The notes under the pieces are model-generated. The model saw only the letters and a program-made list of their open reading frames with translations, made no database searches and had not been told where the DNA came from. Shown piece after piece: positions 12,493-24,744 of a DNA stretch of 64,000 nucleotides (the first letter of the stretch is position 1; the number at the start of each line of letters is the position of its first letter). The position numbers and the translations under genes were made by a program. The DNA is from Lytechinus pictus. Lineage: Eukaryota. The stretch lies in contig NC_087250.1 in NCBI RefSeq assembly GCF_037042905.1, positions 22,878,001-22,942,000 on the forward strand. Reading direction: 5' to 3'.

Positions 12493-13185
12493 CTGTATAT
12501 CAAAGAATAGACAATTCACTTTTATTTCATCATTGAGTTTTGAAAAAGGAAAGTTGTCATAAAACGTTTGAAATAAAAATCATGAAACTTCAATATGAAA
12601 ATATGATAAAATTATGCACTGAAAACTAAATCTCAATATTTGGATATGCAAAGCACCCTGTTGAAATCTTTTTTGTTTTGTAAGAACAAAAGTTTTTGGA
12701 TATATTCCTGACAAGAAAGGGAGAGACAAACAGAGAACTGAGAGAATGACAGAAGGACAGAGAACGAGAGAGAAATAGACAGCTTACCTTTAGATTGTTT
12801 ATTAGAAGTATCTAACTTTGTAATTGGAACAACAACGAGACCTTCAACTCTGGACTAAAGACCCATCAACTTTGTGAATTTTCCACCAACTCTGTGAATA
12901 ATGTGTGAAATATTGGGAAGCCGGCGCCATTTAATGTTTTTTTTTAAAGATAAATGGCACTGTACAAATGCTGTTTATTCATCACCATCATGGGATCCTG
13001 TAAGAGTCTCTCAGCTTCTACAGAAGAGACAAATAAAGAGAAGCAGAGAGAGACAGAGGAGAGAGATGAAGATAACAATCTTACCTCTAGATACTCTATT
13101 AAATAGAATCCTGTACAAGTCTCTCAGCTTCCGCATCAAGAGAGACAAAGACAGAGAAGAAGAGAGGGAGAGATAACCATCTTAC

Positions 13186-13307
13186 CTCTTGATACTTTAT
13201 TAATAGTGTCCTGCACAAGTCTCTCAGCTTCTGCATCGAGTGCACTTGTTGCTTCATCAAGAATTAATATTGAAGGCCTCTTGATTAATGCCCTTGCAAT
13301 CGCTATC
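13186..13307 (-). CDS. ABCB8: ABCB8 exon (Walker B / D-loop)
   Basis: [40 protein letters not shown]; cag/gtaaga boundaries; phase 2/1. Confidence 0.93.
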
Positions 13308-13344
13308 CTGCAAGACAGAAAACAAAATTAATGGAAGAATGTAC

Positions 13345-13740
13345 ATGTATGCCAATTAAAATAGTTGCAGTAAAAAATGATTTCATAAGAAAGAATTAAA
13401 GCCACTATACCATCATGGATTTCATCTGATACAGTTCAATACATAAACTGAAGTTTGTGAAATTATAAATCTAAGCTGAAAAACATTACACTGTAGATCG
13501 CAAACACAGATAAGGACCTGTGGGACAGCATGTTATTATGGCACGGAAAAAGATTCAACATTCTGCTTGAATCCCATGCTTATATTGCTAATTTCTCAGC
13601 AATTACACATTTCCTTCCAGAATTCTTACTTATTTTAGGAACATACTTTTATTTATGGAAACAGACACTTGGTAGGTCATTTTATTTGATTTCTGTACAA
13701 ACTCATTTTGAAGTCGTTACCACGACTGGCGTTTATCTTT
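13345..13740. mobile_element. Kolobok-like non-autonomous element, degenerate (family of 52798 and 62698)
   Basis: Colinear similarity to 52798-53192 (gttgcagtaaa..., ttctcagcaattacaca..., actggc.ttta.ctt). Confidence 0.6.
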
Positions 13741-13968
13741 CACCAATTGCTAGCAAACCTTGGGTCTTTTGCAGAAAGAGTTGTGTTTGATCACATATCA
13801 CACTATCAGTTGCAAGACCAAAACATGCGCTTCAGGGGGGTGTTTCACAAAGAATAAGTATGACTTAGAGTCGCACTTAAATGCCTCATTGCGTGCGGTA
13901 TAGAAGGCATGACCGCGTTGGTCAGATCATGCAAAGAGTACGCGCACACCTGCGTCTTTATTCATGTA

Positions 13969-14735
13969 CAGTCCGACCTCTCTTATCCGGCCTCCCCTTA
14001 TCCGGATCTCTCTATTATCCGGACGCACACTTGCCGAGATTTTTTTTTTTTTTCAATTCAAACTAGTACGTGAGGAAATGAGATTTTAATCTAAACTCAA
14101 TCCTATGCGCAAACTCACTTTGATTACATATATTTTCCAATAGAGTCTACCTGCAACAACATTATTTTTCATGAAAATATCTCACCCAAATCACCGAAAG
14201 AACTTAGGCAGGATAATTTTCCAGTAAATCAGGGTGCAGCGCAAACATTTCATCACGTTGTCTTTTTGTTTCCCGGGAAAAACAACACATGTCTCGCTAG
14301 CGCTAACGCTAGGCCTCAATACGGACAGCGCCATCTATCATGTTTGAGCCTACAGTCAGTATAACAATGGCTGACATTGCGAACCTGCAATACCCGCCGC
14401 GATGATCTCATTGTAAAACTTAGTTTCATCGAGTCATTCTCTTTCTTACGAGGTATGCTCGATGTATACCTTCATCATTTTAGCAGGTAAATTATCCAAC
14501 AGTTTTGGCAAACAATCGATTTCATTTCCGTAAAAATACTGCCTATAATTTTCACTAAAACTGCAGTGAATACCGTCTGTACGCCCACTACATTACTATA
14601 GATAACGTGTATGTAGTACCGCCGTTGGGGAAGCAGCAGCTGCGTGTGTTTAATATTGGGTCTCCCAGATCCGGATAAATCCCTTATCCGGATTGGTGCT
14701 GGTCCCAACGTGTCCGGATAAGAGAGGTCTGACTG
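13969..14735. mobile_element. pogo/Tigger-like MITE nested within a Harbinger-like MITE (~13836-15115)
   Basis: TA|CAGTCCGACCTCTCTTATCCGG...CCGGATAAGAGAGGTCTGACTG|TA. The host ends are GGGGTGTTTCACAAAG / CTTTGTGAAACACCCC. Confidence 0.85.
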
Positions 14736-15351
14736 TATTCAGCTCTGTGTATAATTATGATGGTTAATGTTACTGTTGTGGCGACACATTCCGGTACTCT
14801 GTTCTATTTGTGAATAATTTTCTATAAATCATTCTTATGTTTTATTCTTGGTTTCCCTTCTCAAGCCTTTTGATGCTTTTTGGGACACCTTTTTCTTTCA
14901 TTATTATTTTTTTTATCTCATCTTAATGTTTCATGATTATATTTGTATATTTATGTTCAGATGTATGGTATTTGAATGTTTTATATGTATATATCATTGA
15001 AAGAAATATATGAGAGTATTTTACCTCTCCCTCAACTCAACTCAACTAAACTCAAAGATTGCGTCGGTATTTAAAGGTAACCTAAGTCATATTTAAACCT
15101 TTGTGAAACACCCCCCCCTGATTGCCTTAAATTAAAGTTGTGCTTCATTTATTCATAAATGGCTTTTAGACCGAATGATTAGTAGATGAACAAGGATTAG
15201 ACTATGTGGTTGAGACCAAACTGAAAGTAGACAAATCAGACGTAGACCAATTGTGAAGCACTGTAGCCCAGTGGATTATTAGTCTTTGAGACAGAGGCCC
15301 ATATTCTGAAGTCGGGCTTAATTTAAACTCTCGTTTAAAGTTGTGGTTTAA

Positions 15352-15956
15352 AGGTCAAGTCCTCCCCAGTAAAATATTGATTTGAATAAATAGAGAAAAA
15401 TCAAACTAGCAATAACACTGGAAATTTCATCAAAATCGGTTGTAAAACAAGAAAGTTATGGCATTTTAAAGTTTCGCTTATTTTTCACAAAACAGTGATA
15501 TGCACAACTCTGTGACATGCAAATGAGTCAGTCGATGATGTCCATCACTCACTATCTCTTTTGTTTTTTATTGTTTGAATTATAGAATATTTCATTTTTT
15601 CCAGATTTGACCAGAGGGACTGACTTGACTGAATCATATATAGTATTAAACATTGCTAACTCCACATATTCAGGGAGGAATTAATCACTGTTTCACTTGA
15701 CAATGAGGAGAAAATTAGGATATTTCATATTTCATATAATAAAATACAAAAGAAATAGTGAGTGGATGACGTAATCAGTCTCCTCATTTGCATACCAACC
15801 AGGATGTGCATATAACTGTTTTGTGAAATTAAGCGAAACTTTAAAATGTCATAACTTTCTTATTTTACATCCGATTTTGATGGAATTTCCAGTGTTATGC
15901 TTGTTGGATTTTTTCTTTTTATTCAAATCAATTTTTTGTTGGGGTGGACTTGTCCT
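15352..15956. mobile_element. Kolobok-like non-autonomous element
   Basis: TTAA|AGGTCAAGTCCTCCCCA...TGGGGTGGACTTGTCCT|TTAA. Confidence 0.85.
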
Positions 15957-16193
15957 TTAATTATGGTGAGCCAATAGTTTCATAAATCTCTAACAGTAGG
16001 CCTATAATTTTCAATGTTTCAATATACTTTTCTCTCAAATCATTCTTAACTGTTTTGGAAGGATAAATGATATAGCTGTCTTCACCATTCATGAGTTAGG
16101 AAAGAGCACAATAAACATAAGAAACACAGAATGTAAGGGAAAATTTGATATTCATGGGCCTCTGGGTTTAACTTAGACCATGGTCTAAGTTAA

Positions 16194-17059
16194 AGATCCA
16201 GACCGGACCCGAAAATGAAATTGATAAATTATATACCAATCGAAAGCTTATAAGCTACTAAATACACCAAGGTATGCTTTATGCATTTTCACCGCTTCCC
16301 AGCTGAGTATTTTGCTTAAGAATATTCCAAGTATCGGGTTTCGAACCCCGCTTAGAAAATAGGCTTTATTGTGCTTTTCACCTGCCTCGAGACCGTGACG
16401 TCACGTTGTGTAAGAAGCGTCGTGATTCCATAGGTTTGTACACAGAAAAACTGGGTGATTTTTTTGCTTTCCAGATAACGCATTTCATTCTCTTCACTTC
16501 TATCACAGAGGGATATCACATATATTTTTACCCACAAGCTTGAATTTATGAAATCTGCAGTTTTGAACTAGTTTTTGCCATATTTTATTTCCTGCTTATT
16601 TGGCGCAGAGATCAATTCTATCTGCATTTAGATTATGTATAACAACTTTTCCTGACATAGCAATTTAGGCCCAATAAGAGCCAAACAAAGAAATCACAAA
16701 AAAGGTAGTGAATAGTTGTAGGTTTACAACAATTTGAACAGTGAATAATTTTGAGTGCCATTTTCATCTGAAAACGAAAAAAAAAATGGATTCATAACAT
16801 GGAAATGGAAGAAAATACCCAATGCTTTTGTACACAAACCTATGGAATCACAACCCTCCTGACACAACGTGACGTCATCATTTCCAGGCGACGTGGGGGT
16901 GCTCAATCGAAGCGTACTTTGGAGGAGCAGTTTCTTTGATTTTTGTTTAATATTTTTAACTATTGGAAGGAGATATATGTAATATTTTTGGTATATTCGT
17001 ATTGTATGAATCATTACCTTTATTTTGATATATGATTGTTTTTACACCGGTCAGGGTCT
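16194..17059. mobile_element. Kolobok-like non-autonomous element
   Basis: TTAA|AGATCCAGACCGG...CCGGTCAGGGTCT|TTAA. Confidence 0.8.
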
Positions 17060-17501
17060 TTAAGCCTGACTTCAGAATACGGGCCAAATGGTCGTGGGTT
17101 TGAATTCCAGCCATGGTGTAATTCCCTTCAGCAAGAAATTGATCAATATTGTGCTGCACTTAACCCAGGTGAGGTAAATGACTACCAGCCGGACATAATT
17201 CCTAAAAAAGCTGTGAGCATCTGGAGACGAGCAGGGTTGCCAATGGAATAACTATGTCGTTAGTTGAGAGTGAAACTCCCATAAAAATAGGCAAATAATA
17301 TAACTTGGGGGTCAAAATGAGTGAGATCAATAGAAATGCATGCAAATGAAAAAAAAAATTAAAGTGAGGAAGGACCAAAATGGGCGAGTCTCACTCTCAT
17401 TGAGTGAGAGTTAGCAGCCCTGGACTAGTTTAGCTGAGATGATACATGAATGCATTGAGCACCTAACAAGGTAGATATGTGCACTTTATAAATCCCCTAC
17501 A

Positions 17502-17645
17502 TATTATCATTATAATCATTATTATCATTATTATAATTATTATAATAATCATTATCAGTATTACTACCACTATTAGTAGTACTATTATTATAATTATTGG
17601 TATTATCATTATCATTATTACTTTTATTATTGTTATTATTATTAA
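17502..17645. repeat. (ATT/ATC)n microsatellite
   Basis: Directly visible; produces a poly-Ile pseudo-ORF. Confidence 0.9.
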
Positions 17646-17649
17646 TGCT

Positions 17650-17825
17650 ATCGTGGTCTAGTGGTTCTGACTCTCGCCTTTCAAAGAGAGGGTCGTGGGT
17701 TTAAATCCCAGCCACAGTGTGTTTTCCTTCAGCAAGAAATTTATCCACACTGTGCTGCACTCGATCCAGATGAGGTAAATGGGTACCGGCAGGAAGAAAT
17801 TCCTCAAAAAGCTGTGCGCACCAGA
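17650..17825 (+). mobile_element. tRNA-derived SINE fragment
   Basis: cgtggtctagtggttctgactctcgcc...gggtttaaatccc; same head as the 10000-10328 copy. Confidence 0.68.
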
Positions 17826-17894
17826 TTATTACTATTATAATTATGAGCATTATTATAATTATTATAATTCATAAATTATTACTACTACACTAAC

Positions 17895-18010
17895 CTTTGT
17901 TTCTGACCGCCTGATATAGTAGCTCCTCTCTCCCCTAGGACTGTGTCATATCCGTTTGGAAAGTCTTGGATGAAATCATGAGCATTGGCTAACTTAGCAG
18001 CTTCTTCTAC
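17895..18010 (-). CDS. ABCB8: ABCB8 exon (ABC signature)
   Basis: [38 protein letters not shown](R); cag/gttagt boundaries; phase 0/2. Confidence 0.93.
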
Positions 18011-18798
18011 CTGAATAATACACAAGATAAATGACAGAAAACAAAAGTGATTTGCCTGAAGAAATTATTTCCCCAAAATAATCAACCTTTTTTTGTACGC
18101 CCTACCTTAAGTTTACTCTCATTTTATGCTACTTCATAAATTGCTCAAACCTTGATAATTTAAAAACATAATTCCTCCCTGAACATGTGCAATTGCCATT
18201 GTTGTAATCAATTTTGATTTGATGAAGCATTTCCTCAGTGTCAAATCTGCTAAAATTGAAATATCATATTATTCATAACAAAATGGCAAAGAAATAGTTA
18301 TTGTGTGACATCATTAACCCTATGATTAATAAATCATTGTGGTGTGCTTATAGCTGTTTTTGTGAAAAATAAACATAATTTACAAAAGTTACAACTATCT
18401 TATTTTAAATCTGATTTTGTTTTGGGTTTTCTCTTTATGTTGGTGTGGACTTCCTCTTTAACTATGAAAACTGAATTATCTGAATGCAGAACCAAAATGT
18501 GTCAAATATCGAGCATGCTTTAAAACAGACAACCATTTACATATTTATTACTAAAGTTCGAACCTGTAATTTTTTTTCCCTTTCCTTTTTTCTCTTATTT
18601 GCTATGATGCATCTTGTGCGTGTAATTAATATGGAAATTGAAACATATAAAATCATATGTATTATTATCATGATTATTTATTATCAAATTATTATCATTA
18701 TTGTTATTATTATTACTATTATGAGACAAAATTTTAGAAATGTATTTTTTCAATATATAAGAGCAAGAGTGTCGCTAGGGCAAGCACATGATACGCCC

Positions 18799-21584
18799 TG
18801 TTACAACCGATAATGTCGCAGCAACGCATAATGTCGCAGATTGCGACATTAGGCCAAGAGCGTCCGACGCATAATGTCGCAGTCAACGCATAATGTCGTA
18901 GTTTTTCTAACGCATAACTTCACATGTCGCAATGCATAATGTCGCAGCAAAGTGTTAACGCATAATGTCACATGTCGCAACGCATAATGTCGCAGCGGTA
19001 TTTTCTTCAGGACTCGAGCTACAGATAAGATATAAAATATGCTTTCACTAAGTATTTTGAGACACGAGAAAGAGAATTTGGAAATCAGGATTACTCTTCG
19101 TATGGATATTTATAGGTTTATTGCCATTTCGTCTACTGCCTTTTCCCCACTATCGCATGGTCTGATATCATTTCGTCTACCATTAGTTAGTCAACAACTA
19201 TCAACATAGTCCAATAACAATTTCGTCTAATTACCATCTCGTCTAATAGCCAGTTGGTCTAATAGCCGTTTTGTTTATTATCATTTAGTCTAATTGTATT
19301 TTTTTTCAATTGGTCCAATATCTACTTTGTCTACTCTCATTTTGCCCATGTCCCATTTGGTCTAACTTCAGTTGGTTCGCTATCACTTTGTCTAAACCCA
19401 TTTCGGCTAACAATCATTTGGATTTTCTTCAGGACTCGAGTTACATAACTACACAATCGATGGCAGCGCGAGCCGAAAAAATAGATTTCGGATCTAAGAA
19501 CAGGACACTCTTTTAATGTTTTGTAAATCGTAAAATGGATGGGTAACTAGGTATCTTCCTACATTAATGTTAATAATGCGAGCAGAAGTTTTTTGATATT
19601 TTAATCTGAAACTGGATAATTCAAGCACGTTATAAATATATAGAACAAGCTGCATATCTCAATAAACTTGGGTGCTGAGTGCGCGTTTTTTTTAGATTTA
19701 GACCTAGAATTTAGGCATTTTTTATACATGTTTTAATCATTTCATTTTATTTCCGTTCACAATGTTTTATATAATGAACATATCATAAAAATAAAGAATA
19801 TAACAAAACATAACATCTTATAAAACATAATAAGGCCTATACATTTGATAAACACAATTAATAACATTATGCTGCCTTAAATGATTTTTTTTTTGTATTT
19901 TAGAGTAAAACGGAGGGGCTGCCGAAAATAAGCAATGCTTGTATGTGAGGCCAGCCCCAAAACTTAGTTTCATTACTTAATTTTACACAAATGCATAAAT
20001 AAAACTTCGTAATAGTAAAAACAATAATAGAAATAATTATCGATGTACACTTTGCAAAGCAAATCAGAACTGAAAAAGCATAAAAATATAAAGCGAGAGC
20101 GAAGCGCGAGCTAAAAATACTTCATATTCCAGTCCGAAAAGGGGTAAATTTAAGCACTTTTTCAAGCACTATGCATGGAAATTCTGAAGTGGATGTGGAT
20201 GCGAGCGCGAAGCGTGAGCGAAAATTTTAGCCTATATAGTACATGGTGATTTTTTTTTACCTGGTTGCTGAGAAAGCATGAATGCTTGTAAGCAAGCAAC
20301 CAGAGAACTGACTGCTTAAGGTCCTCTCCAAGGGACCTGGTAGGCATAATGACTATTATGCCTTACCAAGGGACACTAATGCACCAATTAGGAATCAAAT
20401 GCATGTCACCGGAATCAGAAACCCCCGTTTTACCGACTAAGCTATCGCGCCTCATTTGAGACATGAAAGATTTTTTTTTTTTTCCAAGTCTTCACCTCAC
20501 CCGATTTTATTCACTTTTCTGTCTCCTCTTAATTTTCCTCATTTTCCCTCCTATCTTTCTCCGTTTCTTCTCTTTTCTTTTGTTCCCCTTCCTTTTTTAT
20601 GCGGGGGGGGGGGGGGGGGGGGCGGGGGGAGCCGGGCCTTTCCCTGGATCCGCCTATGCCCTGTCGGCGGATGGTAAAGGCGTTTTTTTGCGCTCGCGAG
20701 CTGATCTGAACCACAAAGCAGGAGTAGTACTGCAACAAGTCGGCAATGATACATAGAGTCACCGTAGAGGTCTAGTGCCAGTAGACCATTATGGTTATAA
20801 GATGAAATGAATATGCCTATTGGACGAAATGATGATTGGACGAGATGGTGATTGGACCCATGGCAACGATACCAAATGATTGTTAGCCGAAATGGGTTTA
20901 GACAAAGTGATAGCGAACCAACTGAAGTCAGACCAAATGGAACATGGACGAAATGAGAGTAGACCAAGTGGTTATTAGACCAATTGGCTATTAGACCAAA
21001 AGGTAATAGACGTGGTGATTTTGGACAAAGTGGATATTGGACCAATTGAAAAAAAAATACAATTAGACTAAATGATAATAAACAAAACGGCTATTAGACC
21101 AACTGGCTATTAGACGAGATGGCAATTAGACGAAATTGTTATTGGACTATGTTGATAGTTGTTGACTGACTAATGGTAGACGTAATGATATCAGACCATG
21201 CGATAGTGGGGTAAAAGGCAGTAGACGAAATGGCAATAAACCGATAAATATCCATACAATGAGTAATCCTGATTTCCAAATCACTTAATTCTCTTTCTCG
21301 TGTCTCAAAATACTTAGTGAAAGCATATTTTATATCTTATCTGTAGCTCGAGTCCTGAAGAAAATACCGCTGCGACATTATGCTTTGCGACATGTGACAT
21401 TATGCGTTGACACTTTGCTGCGACATTATGCGTTGCGATATGTGACGTTATGCGTTAGGAAAACTACGACATTATGCGTTGACTGCGACATTATGCGTCG
21501 GACGCTCTTGGCATAATGTCGCAATATGAGACATTATGCGTTGCTGCGACATTATGCGTTGGTGCGACATTATCGGTTGTAACA
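18799..21584. mobile_element. Long-TIR (foldback) non-autonomous transposon, TGT...ACA ends, 5-bp TSD (Ginger-like)
   Basis: CGCCC|TGTTACAACCGATAATGTCGCA...TGCGACATTATCGGTTGTAACA|CGCCC; inverted arms ~18799-19421 and ~20872-21584. Confidence 0.85.
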
Positions 21585-22172
21585 CGCCCGCCTGTAACGC
21601 AGAAAATGGAGTTATTGGTCAAGCAAGAAAAGTGAAAGGTGGCAACTTGACCTTAGACCCTTAAATCAATAGGCTTCCTGGGATCCATGCTAGTATCATA
21701 CAAACCAAATTATATGAGCCTTGGTTAATAAAAGTTATTGCATTTATTGCATTTACAAGGATTTTAAAAGGGTAAGATGAAAACCTGTCACTGTGACCTT
21801 GACCTGTGACCTTTAGACCTCAAAATCAATAGGCTTCCTGGGATCCATGCTAGTATCATACACACCACATTATATAAGCCTTGGTTGAGTCAAACTGAAG
21901 TAATCGTGTTAACAAGGAAAAGTTAACGGACGGAAAGACAGATGGACATCGAGCGTGATACCATAATACGTCGCGTCTAAAGACTAGAGAATGACATAAC
22001 TTCATGCATTCTACGCTTATGATGGGAAGACAGAATGGTTTGACCGAAATGAATGCGAAACATGATCAACACAATTTTTCATCATTCTTCATCCTACTTT
22101 GATCGAAATTCAATTACAGTTTTTAGTTTTATTGATGTAATCTAAAATAAACTTGGGCTGGACCTCATTTAC

Positions 22173-22244
22173 CTCTGTGTCTGTAGCTTGTGGATCCCCA
22201 TACCTGATGTTTTCTCTGATAGATGTAGCAAAGAGTGTGGGTTC
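22173..22244 (-). CDS. ABCB8: ABCB8 exon (post Q-loop)
   Basis: [24 protein letters not shown]; 72 nt with canonical cag/gtaaa boundaries. Confidence 0.92.
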
Positions 22245-22548
22245 CTGTGAGATGCGTAATAAGGAGAATAGATTAGTGTACTAAACAACTCAGGGTCCCG
22301 TCTTACAAAGACTTGCCATGGATCCGATCAACCACTACATTTTATCAACAGATCTTGACTTCAACTTCAGCTGAGAACAAAGAAATTTTAACCGGTAACC
22401 CCCCCCCCCCCAAAAAAAAAAAAATGATTCTAAATTATACGCAGTCTAAACCTTTTCTTCCTATTACCAGATCTGGAATATATTACAGAATTTTCTTTGA
22501 AATTTTGGTGGTCAAGCTCCTCAAGATCTTGCTTAATTGATTCTTCAA

Positions 22549-23128
22549 AGGACAAGTCCACCAAAACAAAAAGTTGATTTGAATAAAAAGAGGAATTATA
22601 TCCAACAAGCATAACACTGAATATTTCAACAAAATCGGATCTAAAATAAGAAAGTTATGGCATTTCAAAATTTTGCTTAATTTCACAAAACATTTATATG
22701 CACATCCTGGTTGGTATGCAAATGAGGAGACTGATGACATCATCCACTTTTTATTTCTTTTGTATTTTATCATATGAAATATTCTCACTTTTTCCTTATT
22801 GCCAATTGAAACAACACTTAATTCCTCCTGAACATGTGGAATTAGCATTGTTTAATTCTATATGGTTCAGTCAAGTTGGTCCTTATTGTTAAATCTTTAA
22901 AAAATGAAATAATTATATAATTAAAACAATTAAAAAAAAAAAATAGTGAGCGAGGGACATCATCGTCCGTCTCATTTGCATGTCACTGTTTTGTGAAAAA
23001 TATGCAAAACTTTAAAATGTCATATCTTTCCTATTTTACATCCGATTCAGATGAAATTTTCAGCATTATGCTAGTTTGATTTTTCTCTATTTATTTAAAT
23101 CAACATTGTTCTGGGGTGAACTTGACCT
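22549..23128. mobile_element. Kolobok-like element, same family as 15352-15956, inverted
   Basis: AGGACAAGTCCACC...GGGGTGAACTTGACCT; degenerate TTAA flanks. Confidence 0.75.
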
Positions 23129-23583
23129 TTCATATACACCTGTAGGCAGGGGCGGATCCAGGATTTCCCAAAGGGGGGGGGGGGGAATTTTTAGGAGGAA
23201 AATTTTGACAAGCCCCCCAAAACAGGAACCGAACCACAAATTAAGGATATTTCGTACCAGAACAAATTAGACAAGCAAAAAAAAAAAAGAAGGTTTTTAA
23301 CCACAAATCAAGGATATTTCGTACCAGAAAAAATAAAGGTCTTCAATTTCAAAAGGGGGGAATCTCTCTTTTTTAATGTCTTAAATTTTTGTCATAAAAC
23401 GTGTTTGGTCAGTCTTTGGTCCATCCTCTTTGTGAGATTCATTATTTGATCTAATTTCTGTACAAAAAAAACAAGACTATTTTGCAGGGTACATTTCTTT
23501 TCTCCAAGTTGCTTAGAGGCAATTTACAATTTTACATTATATGAATTAATCATCAATTTATCATTATTTCTATTAGTATACCT

Positions 23584-24130
23584 GGGGCCCGTTGCATAAA
23601 ACTTTTTACCTGAGAAAACTCAGGTTGTTTTTACCAGAGTTTTTGCCCTGTGTTAAAGTCAATGGCAGAAATCAGACTAACCTTAGTTTTCAGTTTTTAC
23701 CAGAGTTTTCTCAGGTAAAAAGTTTTATGCAACAGGCCCCCGGTGGGTGTTTTATAGAGCTGAGGGGTGTTTCACAAAAATTTAAGTATGACTTAAATCG
23801 CACTTAAATGCCGACGCGTATCTGAAATGCAACGCGCAATCTAATTGATCAATACGCAATAGTGCGCGTCCTCTTTGCATGATCTGACCAATGTGGTCAT
23901 GGCTTTTATACCGCGCACAACTAGGCATTTAGGTGCGACTCTCAGTCATACTTAAATCTTTGTGAAACACCCCCTGTTCGTAGAGTTATGCACAACTTTA
24001 CCTATGACTGGAACATGATCTTAGGTGCTAAGTCAGCTACATAGGATATATCGTGTGGCACAAGAAAGGGTCACCAATCGTGCATAAAGTCTTGCGTAAC
24101 CTTACAAACAGCTTTATGAAACCCCCACCA
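23584..24130. mobile_element. Cluster of three adjacent or nested Harbinger-like palindromic MITEs
   Basis: GGGGCCCGTTGCATAAAAC...GTTTTATGCAACAGGCCCC; GGGGTGTTTCACAAA...TTTGTGAAACACCCC nested at ctg inside GGTGGGTGTTTTATAGAGCTG...CAGCTTTATGAAACCCCCACC. Confidence 0.72.
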
Positions 24131-24309
24131 GGGCAGAATTTCGTCTTAAGACGAAGGGTTCGGATTAGGGTTGCAATAGGGTTTTATGTTTGGTTTAAGA
24201 TAGGGTATAGTGTTAAATCCAGGGTTGAAGTTGGTCATTCGATTAGTGTGTGAATTTGAGAGCAGAGCAATTGTCGCCAGAGGAAATGTCATGGAAGCAT
24301 TATACCCAC

Positions 24310-24516
24310 TTGGTTGATGTATCCTATCGTTCTTCCTCGTAGCCAGCTGGCATCCAGGTCAGGAACCTCTATCCCATCAATCCTTATACTTCCTGCAGTG
24401 ACATCATAAAACCTCTCCATCAGCGCCGTGACCGTTGACTTGCCGGCCCCTGAGGGACCACAGATGGCGATTACCTTTCCTCTGGGGCAGCTCAGCGTGA
24501 AGTCTTTGAGTACTAC
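24310..24516 (-). CDS. ABCB8: Mitochondrial ABC transporter ABCB8, NBD exon (Walker A)
   Basis: VVLKDFTLSCPRGKVIAICGPSGAGKST...LDASWLRGRTIGYINQ. Walker A is GPSGAGKST. VLKDFTL and SWLRGxxIG.I.Q are ABCB8-like. 207 nt, cag/gt, phase 0/0. Confidence 0.92.
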
Positions 24517-24744
24517 CTGATGGCAGAAACACAAGAAATTTATGAATCGACTCGTCATCAATGAGAAACAATAGTCTATGTCAGGGGAGGATTTTCATCA
24601 GTATTTTTTATGAATAAGTTGCCAGATCTGATAACCATTCCTGGTTTTGATTGGCTGAGAAGCACTGTTACTATGGTAACTGGTAGATAAAACAGGACTT
24701 GTCGGATAAAACGTCCTTTCATGGAATGTTTCTTGGAGGTTGAA

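Larger units (their letters stand above)
15296..17085. mobile_element. Harbinger-like MITE (family of 636-947) carrying two nested insertions and splitting a SINE
   Basis: GGCCCATATTCTGAAGTC...GACTTCAGAATACGGGCC; the internal segments are colinear with 636-947. Confidence 0.8.
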
